In this document: piece by piece, positions 40,405 through 51,600 of the stretch
Position numbering within the stretch: the first letter of the stretch is position 1
Layout: each line of letters opens with the position of its first letter
Assembly: GCA_965202585.1 (NCBI GenBank)
Contig: OZ241827.1
Location: 61,194,001 to 61,258,000, forward strand
Origin: Thalia democratica
Lineage: Eukaryota
Direction: 5' to 3'
Length of the DNA: 64,000 bases
Made by a program: the position numbers and the translations under genes
Notes under the pieces: generated by a model
Told to the model about the DNA's origin: nothing
Seen by the model: the letters and a program-made list of their open reading frames with translations, nothing else
Database searches by the model: none

Positions 40405-42448
40405 CTTAAATGACGCTGTGCTTTTCTGACACCTACCCATTAAAACACATAAAGTTTTTATTGAAGTATATTTCAAGCTGGTCCTTTTTTAGTTTAACAC
40501 TTTGCGTAGCTTTTTTAATATACTTGAACATTATAGTACTAATGTTATATAAGCGTAAAAAAGAGTCGTGCAAAAATAAACCCCTACAGATAAGTCGCTC
40601 TGTGACATATTGTGAATTATTAATTGTTTAAATTCTATTTTCCATGACTGTTACATATCTTTTTAGATTTATTTAAGCACTGACGAAGTCTTTGACCGAA
40701 ACTTAGTTTGTAAAATAAAGTCTTAAAAAAATAAATCATATATTTTAACTTTTAGATATCACTTAATGTTTAGTTAAAATTCTTTTAAAAACGTTTTTTC
40801 GCAAAAAATGTATATCTTACATAAAAACGGTATAAACACGATTGGAGCATATTTTAAAAAAGAAACTTTTTTTTTTAAATTGCCAATCAAAAGTGTTTTA
40901 GAAAACTATTATTGAATAATTTTACAATTTGAAGGGTTTTATTTTTAATCAATAAACTGTCACTAAACCACATATAGCTTTTATTTTTACAACTTTAATA
41001 AACTGGAGTTTTACAATTTAATTTTTTCTTTAAGTTGTAAAATAATTGTTCACGTCTGTTATTAGTTTGTTTTTAAAAACATTTATTTTTTATAATTTAA
41101 ATTTGATACTTGACTAATTTATTTTAACTAAAACTTTTTTAATAAGTAACTTATTTACGTATCATTGAAATTTATTATTTTGAAAACTTGTTTACTAATT
41201 ATAACTAATAGGTTTTTTATTTATATAAGACTTGGTTATACACATTAGTTTCACAACTTGAAGCAAAATGTTCACACTTTAAACAATTACAGAACTTATG
41301 TTTAGATTTTATTAACTTTAATAGTTATAAAAGAGCTGTATTACGTATTAGGATTTTAATTTTATTTCAATGATGTTTTCAAATAGTTTAAATTTTAAAC
41401 ATGTTTGTGTACTTAGCAATTATGTGGTAAACAGTTAAACGATTTTAAAAAGCTTATTAACAAAAGCTATTACAGAAAGCACTATATTATTCAATAGAAA
41501 AAATTGCAACCTTCTGAAAAGACTCTAGAAACGCCCCTGGTACACACTAGTTTCGGACACCGTTTATATAAAAAAGACGGTACAATAACCATAGTTTTTA
41601 CTAGGAAACCCTGGAATAAATAAACACAGTTTGAAGGCAGATAGTAAATGTGTCTAATTTCATTAAACTGTTGTAAACCACGTTACTTAAAAAAACACCA
41701 ACTTACTCTATTAAAGGCTTAGTTTTTCTTTTCTATATTGTTTTAAACCCACTGTCTAATTGTTTGTTTCACTACATTTTAGTTAATTTTTCATAAAACC
41801 TATGTTCTTTAATGATGATAGTCTGAATAAACTAAAGTTCTTATTGCTTACTGAATAAAAAGAGGGTGTGTTTTTTAAAGTTTTTATATTTCAAATGTTT
41901 TTATCAATTATATTTTACTAATTCTTTTGAAGAACTGTACAATTTACATACAAGCGTGCTTATAAAAAGACAACTTTTGAGCTATTACCCTTTTTAATAT
42001 AGTTTAAAAATATCATCTTAGTTATTTATTCTAAAATTGAATACGATTTGAAATACTAATGCACAGAATAATACGCATAACCCTTTAGTAGCCAGTTTAT
42101 TGTAAATAAATTGATTAAATATGTATTGAAGACACTAAAAACTTGAAAAATGTTAATAAATGTTCGACAAAAAAGAAATACGAACTATTTTAACAACTAA
42201 AGTTTAAACAGCTTTTTTTAAATAAGTATCCAATTAAATGGCAATGCTTTTTGGAACTCTGACTGGCTCAAGCAGAAAACAACACAATAGAACATATGTA
42301 ATATGGTACCAAAGTTAAGTAAAAACCTTTTTGTGAACAGGTAACTAAAAAAATTAAAAGTTTAGTTTTTTCAGCGTCATTTAAAATTCAAAAAATATAG
42401 CTGATTTTGCACAATTTACAAAATTTCAATTTCATACAAAGAGCATGA

Positions 42449-42652
42449 CTAGATAGCGATGCTCTTTGGAACTCTCGAAGGTTCCATGTACAAATACTCC
42501 ACTGTGATCTTGCTGTTCATCAGTTCGATCTCCGCGTCCAACTTCTTCAGCTGCTCCTGATACTTGTCTACCAGCTTGTTCTCCTCCTTACCGTAGAACC
42601 ACACCTCCCCGTGGCGATCCTCCTCCGGCCGCGACTCATCGTCCAAATATAC
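42449..42652 (-). CDS. LOX-A exon 15 (terminal, ...EYLYMEPSRVPKSIAI*)
   Basis: cgcag acceptor, phase 0; ends in the LOX C-terminal Ile iron ligand. Confidence 0.95.
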   Translation of the reverse strand, partial: VYLDDESRPEEDRHGEVWFYGKEENKLVDKYQEQLKKLDAEIELMNSKITVEYLYMEPSRVPKSIAI

Positions 42653-45600
42653 CTGCGAAAAACTTTATTTGTAAATATACCTGTGAAAATTTGTATAAAT
42701 AATATTTACACTAAACTAGGGTTTTCCCCAAAATGAGTCTTTTCTTTTACCTCCTTGCACCCTCCTTTCGAACGATCAAAATAGTTCAGGGGGCGGGAGG
42801 GAATTACAAGTTTTCTGGCTGTCATAGCAATTTTACTTTTAAGCTTGCTAATTGACTTATTTTACTTTGTTATGCAGTACTTGCCCCGTATGCCGGATTC
42901 AAACTAGGGGTTTTCAAAGTAAGCAATTTTAGCTATCAGGAAGCAAAAAAATATCAAGGATTTACTTACTATTGTGGATGATATTTACTGAATACGGCAA
43001 TTTTTTTGACCTGCCAAAGAGAGCAATTGACAATCGTGACGTGTAGGTCATCAATATTAAAAGGAACTTTAGTTTATGCGCGGTTCTGAAAATTCGTAGA
43101 ACTAACTAGTTACGTCACATCTAAGAAAATTATAAAATCAAAATATAGATTTAGTACTCAGTTGTAGTTTTGCACATTGTTAGCAAGCTCTCTTGAAAAG
43201 TAATCATTTGTAAGTTATTAGTTATTGTGTTTATTTTGCACTAAGCGTGATTAAGTTGCACAGTTAAAAGTGTGTTGATAGCATTAAGTTGTTTTTTAGG
43301 CCTAGCTTTATCAAATAAAAGCTTATAAGTGGCTACACTCAAAAGTACTTGTAAAATTATGTCATTTTAAGATGTAAGATATACAGTTGTATTGATTGAG
43401 TAAAATTAGTGCGCCGAATAGACGCTTTTGTAAGCGGATCATAGAAAAGGGCACCAGCGGAAATCCTACAACAGCTAGAGTTGCTCGCGACGATCAGGCA
43501 GGCAGTAGCAGGAAAACCGAGAGGACAGTTACTTGCGTTAATTGAATTTCTGTGAATTTCACAACTGTTTTTTAGTGGCTAACAAAACCATCAGGTAAAG
43601 CTTTCAGACTAAAAGTAAATAGCATTAGTTGAATTTGTCTAGACTCATTATCCTAAACTTCTTTTTGAAAAGAAAGTTTATAACTTATACTAGTTTAAAT
43701 TAAGTTGTTTTAAGTAACTTTAAAAAGTTTTTTATAAGCCAACAAAGCCATTAGCAAAAAGTTTTGTAGTAAAACGAATAGCTTTAATCAAAAGTTGTAA
43801 GTTCTTTTTTCAATGTGTGACGACTCTGTACTTTGAATGAATTAGACTACTTCAATTGAGAAACAACAAAAAAACTAGATAAGTTTTTATTTTCCAAAAC
43901 CCTAGTTTATTTTGATAACCGTTTAAGTCAAAAAAATGTTTTAATTAGTTTAAAAACTTAAAATCTCAAGTTTGTAATTTCATTCATATTTTGTATGCAA
44001 GAGTGTTTTTTGTACAAAAGTTTGTTTTAAATGGTTTGTATACTATACAGTCAATTGACGTTTATTTTTGAATTAAAAAGGGTTGTTGCCGCATGTTAGT
44101 ACAATTCTATGTTTGTCTAATCGTACTATTTAAATAACTTGTTAAATGAAAATTTAATGTACACAATAAGTAACGTAGTGTTTGCACTTAGCAACTAATA
44201 AATATAATTGCTTAACAACCTCTACTCTTGAGTATTTCGACAGTGTATAGACAAGACCAACAACAAAAGCAGCCTGCTTTATGCTTGGAAGAGAATCTAA
44301 CACTCTCTTTAAGTTGACCTCCTGTTAAAAGTTAATGTTATAATTAAACGTAAATTAATGAGTCATGTTTTTACTAGCTCTTCCTTAAAAAATTATTTAA
44401 ATTTTTTCACATAAAAATTATTGATTAAAGTTTTGCCTTGCAAAAACTCTATTAAAGTGAATTGTATGAGAAAATTCATTTTATTTAAGTTAGTAATGTA
44501 TTTACCACATAACTTGATTATTTTCATAACAGTATACAATTTAAATGCGTATTGTGATTATGATAGCAAATAAAAAACAAACAACACGTACTTCGGTGTT
44601 TTTAGGGCAGTCCATTCTCATGATGGAAGGACAGTTGGGTGCAAACTTGTAAGTTTCGTATTGAGCAAAGTTGACTGCAGAATGCTGAGCAGAACTTGTA
44701 GCTATCACTATCGTGAAAATCTCTATCTGTTTTGTATTTAAATTAAAAACGTTCAAACCATAGCTAACTAAATCACTTTGACCTAAAGAAAACTTTACTT
44801 GAAAAATAAAGTCATTAATGAGAAACTTAAAGGAAAGTAAATAATTTTTAAAGTTTTGTTGGATATTAAAAAAACAAATAGCAGTTAAAACTGAATACTA
44901 ATAATGGCTGCACGTCAGTTCATTTAAATTTTTATAATAGAGGTTACAAATACTTTAAACTTATCGACTCCTATTTTTTAATTAACATTTATAAATATTT
45001 AAAACTTTATTATCATTGACTTATTGAACAAACTTTTATAACCATCTTATATTTCTTTAAAATAGTTTATTTTTTAAAGTGTAGCTAAAATAAGCTTTTA
45101 ATTTGCTAAAATATACTAATTAAAAAAGTAAAAGTAAAAAAAATGTTTATGTCAAATGTTAATAATTTATCCTACACAAGTATTTTTCTTCGAATCTATT
45201 ATAAGATTCGGCCTCTTAGAAGTGATTATAAAAATTATAATTGTTATAATTTGATTTGTTGCATTTATTAACTGTCATGTAACCACTACAAAAAACCTTT
45301 GTTAACCTATTTAAGTCTATCAAAACTTTATACAATTTTATTCGTACCAGTTTTTGTTTGGTTTCGATTTTATCGGGCATTCCCCTGAAATTACCGTCTT
45401 CCCACCCGAAAGCCTCATGCGCCATCTCGTGGGCAAAATTTTGAACTTCCACATCGTCTAACACGTCCTGTGGGGTTTGAAAGTTGATAATTTGTGGTTT
45501 TAATGAGAAATATAATAAGAAACATAGTTAATATAGAAAGAAAATGAAAACAGATAAAAACAAAAAATGAACTTTCAAACAAAACAGGATTAAATAATTT

Positions 45601-48600
45601 AAGTCAGATTTTACTGAGCCCATTAAATAGGCTTTAACATTTTATTGCAAAATGTAACACTCAAAATAAACATCACAATTGTTTAAAACGTTGTTTCATA
45701 TGCATCCATAAGTATATTTGTATTTATAATTTTGTTGTTTTGAAGAAAATTTAATTTATATTTCTAATACCTATTTTTATCTCATATTTTTAACAGTTGT
45801 AATAAAATAAATTGTTAAAAGTTGAAGATAAAATAAAATCGTTTTGTTGTTCCACACAGTGGTTTAAGTTTCTTTTTTTTTTTCTTTATATCAGGCTTGG
45901 TTTTATACTCAAGAAAATTTATAATAAAAAACTTAAGGTACAAAGAAATTTACATTTATAGTTTAATTGAGCGCTTTCTAAAAACTATCTAAATTAGGAT
46001 TACCTGGTCGGAGTTGTAGTATAAATTCACAAAGTCCGTCACATGATCTTCAACAATTTTCCATATTTTCAGAGTGTACTGTCCGTAATAATAGTTTGGA
46101 ATTTTGTCAGGATGAACCCCTGTGTTTAACATCAACATTTCGCTTTAAACCTTTTTTTTATTTTACGAAAAAAAAGAATTTATCATTAGCTAAGTTTGTT
46201 CTGTTAAGAGTTTACAAGAACATTATAACCATTTTGACTACAACACTGTATATTAGATGCTTTTTGATTGTTTTATAGCTTAAAAAAAAAAGTACATTAT
46301 AGCATTATAACAAAATTTCATACCATTTTTTTCAAAGACTTTCGGCATGTTTAGGTCTTCAATGTTGTAGGTCTTATAATGTGCCAATATCATTGATGTT
46401 GCATCTGATTAAAATGTTTATTTTATTAAGGAAATCTTTTAAAAAAGAAATTATTTTATGTTTTTTTATTTAGTTTTTTAAGTCAGGAAAATAATTTAAT
46501 AAAACAAAACTGTTGTAAAATATAAGTTTGAAAATAATTCTGCAACAAAATCTAACAACAAAATCTATCATTGTTAACATCTTTAATTTATTGTAAGGTT
46601 TATATACTATTTTCCAAATTCCGTTTATTTGTAAAATTTATTAATTGAATGTTTGACAATGAAATATTAACAACACTGGCAAATATGATGTAGTTTTAAT
46701 ATTCTGAGATTTTTTTCTGTTACTAAGCAAAGTAAGTGAAACATTTTTATTGTTTTTTTGTCTCAAACTAAGCGTGTATACGAAGAACAAATCTGTACTA
46801 CAAAAACCTGCGAAAAACAGATAAACACTATATATATATATATATATATATAGATATAATTAATTTATTTAACTTGATAAATAAAATATTTCACACTTAG
46901 CCTACCTTAAGGGCTTAATTAATAAATTGCATATATATAATTAATTCATCAGCTTCAAAACAAGTTTAAAACAACAAAATTTTATTTTAAACTTCTTTTG
47001 AAGCTGATGAGTGCATAAGCACGAAACTCGAGTCCTTTAAGTGTTACATCTTGAAATAAACCTCTTTATATGTATATTGTACAAGAAGTATATTGTTGTG
47101 CTAAAATCGCAATTAAAATTATTAATACCACATTCAAAATTAGTGGTAAGCTTTAAAAATTTTGATGAGACAAATTATTACTTAATATTTGTTATAAATT
47201 GCAGCACACTACCTCTAAATAAATTAAAGTTACTTTTATCAAAAATATTTATTAAGTTAACAAGTTATGATAAAATATTTTGAAAAGCTGTTTCGTACAA
47301 AAACTACGATATTTGCAGATATTTACCATGCAGTCTAAATTCTATTTACCATGCACTTAATTTTGTCGTATAACTGTCAGCTACATCTAATTTTTTTTAA
47401 ATAAATGTAAACTTACATGAACTAAATACTAAATTGAAGTATGTTACATTTAGTTTTTAACTATATTAAGTAAACTAATGAAATTTTTTTTTTTTAAATT
47501 TCTATTTAGGTTTTATTTACAAACTCTCAATTTTGTATGTTTTTGGTGTTTTTTTTTGACTAATTTTCTAAAGCTTGAGTCCTCATTGAGCACCAAACGA
47601 CAACAAAATGAATAAATATGTTTACACAAATGCCTTCAACTAACCAATGGAAACGCCGGATGCCATCAGTGAAGTTGACGGGATCAATGCAAGTCGCGCC
47701 AATGCGCCCATGGCAGCCACTGTTCTCACGTGGGGACGCAACAACTTGTACATGGGGTGCGCCTGCGACAACGTCCTGAATATTCCCACCTGAAACGCCT
47801 CAATGGTGGCGTGCGTCATCGAGTAGTGAATTATCCACTGTGGAAGGGATCAGAGTTGTTACCAGTTTTAAAACACCTAACTGATGTACTTGAAACAAAA
47901 GCACTAATGTCAATGTTATAGTAGTTCATTTTATAATTAAAATATAAACTTAGTGATGAAGTTTGTGGTTTATAAGCTATGGTTTCATATTACCTTATGG
48001 TTTAGTTTGATGTTTAGTATATTTTTGCCTCAAAGAATTATTTTGAGCTGAATTAAAAAACTTTTATAAAATACCAAAGCTCGAATGTACCTTCTTCAAA
48101 GTTATCATAACTGCAAACTGTATTAACTTTTAAATACTTTCCAAACTACTTTAAACCTCGTAGATGGAAAACGAAGCGTTCCTGTAGTACATTTTTGCCA
48201 GCAGCCACTTCAAGCTGCCGTCAGAAGTGAACAGGTAATCCCTGTCGTTGGGCTTCAACTGAATGGCGATGGGAACGAAGCCCAATGTCGGGTTCACGTG
48301 GAAGAGGCATGTGGCCGGAGCAACTTTGCACGGATCGCCGTTTTCCAGCTTCGTGTAAATCAGCTTCTTGTCTTCGGAGTAGTAGGAGCTGAAGTCGGAT
48401 ATGAACAGTTTTCCCGCCTTTTTAATAAAATCTAGCGTTAAAAAAACATTCTTATTTTTATTTTGTTTTAAATAATTAATAATTAAAAAACTAACTTAAA
48501 GAACGACATTAATGAGTTAGACTCTAAGGAAAGAAGCTTTTCTTAACATTGAAAACATTTAGTTCCATTCTACAAAACTTAAAAAAAAAATACCACACCT

Positions 48601-51600
48601 AATGTTATGTTTTAATTATCAAAAGAAACTAACAGCAATTTGGCTTTCAATGGTTTCTCCTCCCAAGAGATCTTTCACATCTTCATCTGTCACTTTGAAA
48701 TGATCAGGAATTTCTTTGCACTCCTTGAACATGAAAGATGCGGCGCTTGTAAGCATTTGTTGGCCCATACCTTGGTCCGTGTCCCATCTGTAAACATTTT
48801 TTTTTGATAAACATATTTAAATAAATATTTATTTATTTACTAAGATACATTAATATTAAATCCGTAGTTTATTTTTATTACTCTCCTGAAAATCATCATT
48901 AAATCTCACATGTCACATTTGCTTAACAAAGCGAAGTAAAAAGATATTTGTAGTTTTTTATATACATTTGGTCAATAGTGTTCGATAATAAAGAAAAGAA
49001 AAATTTTTACATATGTTTCACATATTTTGTTATATACAATCATAAAAAAAAACATATGTTTATTAGAAATTGCAAACTGTTGATTTAAAAAACTTTCAAT
49101 TTCGTCTTTTTCGGCTCTAAGTGTATTTCAAACTGTGTTTATTATTCTTAAAACTGAATCGAAATTTAGTATTTTACAAAAAATGGTGAAATTAAGTGAT
49201 ACTTTGTTAAACTATTAGCCAAATTTATAAATAACTGCAAAGTTTGAAACTAATAATGTGAATTTTAAACAATATTAAGTACGCTTTAAATCAAAGATTT
49301 TATGTTTGATCAAGGTTGCACAAATTTGTAAATATAGTTAAAAAAATATTAATTAAAAACTTCAAAAAAAATTGATAAGAGTTAGTAAAATCAACAAAAT
49401 ACCCAATGAAAACCACTCGTATTCACTGTATGGTTTGAAAATAAAGTTTCAAGCTAGCTATGGTAATTTTTAAAACTGGTATTGAATGCATACAGTTTGC
49501 CTTTCTGTTTTTTATTTAGAGCTTAAGTTTTTTGAAGTTTTGAACTTCTATTTTTTTAAACATTTGTAATTTGCAGCTGTTTTCTAGTTTATTTTTGCTA
49601 TTAATTTGTTTATTTTTTCTCTTTTTATGCAGTAATTTTTATCTTTAAAAATCCTTATATATATTTAGATAGTTTTGTTGCGTGTGTTTTAATATCGTTT
49701 TTAAATGATTTTAAAACAATCTTTGAATTGTAATTCCAGTAGAACTTATATAAAACTTTGTTATTTTTGGTTTTTATGGTTACTCTTTGAATAGGGTTAG
49801 ATTTTAAATATTGGTTTTTGCATAACTCTTTTAAATAAAACTTGTTTTTGTATTAGCACTGTCGTTTTTGTTTTAGAGTTTATTATTGTGAGCTGTTATT
49901 CTGTTTTTTATATTACTATTGCTGCTGTATGAACTTCTTAATCTTTTGGGTTCAATATTTTTTATTACTCGTGGTTGATTTTGAAAAAATAATTCAAACA
50001 AAATGCTTCCCTAATTTTGTTGAGTTATTTATATTGTATAAAGATGATTAAAGAATTTAGATTGTATAAATAAAGAATTTTGTCTTGTTTTATGTTCTTA
50101 ATCTTTCCTAAAAGCTTTTTATCGTAGATTAAGTGTATTTGTAGTCAGCTAAACTTAGGGAATTTTGATAAGGTTGGACGTTATTGATTTTTTTTTCTTT
50201 GTTTGAAAGTTTTATTTCAAACTCTTTTCCAACCCTTTATTAAACCAACTGCTTAATATTTTACGTTAATCATATTTCTTATCACACAAAACAGATGTTA
50301 AAACAGCTACCCTTCACAATCAAACAGAAACTCATAAAACTCTCAAAAAATTGAAAAAAATTAAAAACTTTTTTTAAGCAATTTAATAAAATTTGCATAT
50401 GTAATATTTAATTTTAAGATTTAGCAATTTTTATTTTGACAAACCCAACTAAAAAGTCATTAGATTGTTGCGCCCCATGCTTGTCCAGAAACCGGTGGAC
50501 TTTGTGGTAATCACTGAGCTCGTCGATTTTCGTTAAAAACGCTGTAATTGTAACATTTAAATTAAAGAAGAACTTATTTCTGCGAATAAAAAACTTTTTT
50601 TTTTGCAAATTTTTACCGAAAAGTTTCTTGATGCCTGTTGGAGCTAGTCCCTCCAGTCCGAACTCAGCGAAATCCAAGAATCTGAAATGAGACTTTTGCA
50701 GGTCCAGAGGAAGGTCAAAGTATTTGTCTCCCGCGCTAATGTATCTCAACTGACCTAAATAAAACAAATATTACGTGTTATGTAGAACTTTGAGGAGTTA
50801 TAAAAATTTACTGGGTTTATAACGTACTCAAAGTACTTGTTTTGACAAAATAACATTTTAAAAATAAAATCTTGTTTAAAAACACGTTTCTTTAAATCGA
50901 GAAAGTTTAAAATTTATACTTCAACCTTAAAAAAAGACTTTTTGTGTATATCTGTATTTTTGATATCAAATGATTTTTCGTAAATAAAAAATAAAAAAAA
51001 TAAATATATTTATTTTACAACTAGTATTTACAGTGTAGAAGCAACGCTTTAAATAAGGCATTCAAGTAATTGGTTTCTAAGAGTTTATATACAGAAATAA
51101 GGGTTATTTATATAGTCATATAGTGAAATTTACTAATAAAACTATATTTAAAAACAAAAACTTGAAAACGTTTCTAATGTGTATTTAGTTTATATATATG
51201 TACAATTGTTCCCACAAAAAGCATTATTTGTTATATAAATATTCATGAATACGGTAAACAAATTTTCCATTTAAAATATATAAATTACATTATTTGATTT
51301 TAACTGATGTCCCTCAAAATCTAAGTATTTAACAACTACAACAATAAAACTCAAAGTTACAATTGTAAAACCTAATCACAATAAACTAACTAGAAAAATG
51401 CAACTTGCAACTTACATTAATTCCAACAAAAACGTAACTTAAGCTTCAGACTGTTTATAAGCTGCGTACTTCACGTTATTGCTAACCGTATTTATAAATA
51501 AATAATAAAAAAAATAGGATATTTAATCTTTAAGGTTACAAATAGGGATAGCAACTTAATTTAGTTATAAAATCAATGTACAATTTATTATTTTCACGAA

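Noticed and set aside
43420-43550. GC-rich ~50-codon plus-strand open stretch in LOX-A intron 14
   Set aside because: No start or splice support and no recognisable homology; probably a TE remnant
49395-49430. 23-nt candidate LOX micro-exon (tacag|TGAATACGAGTGGTTTTCATTGG|gtatt)
   Set aside because: Phases are incompatible with exons 6 and 7, which already join in frame
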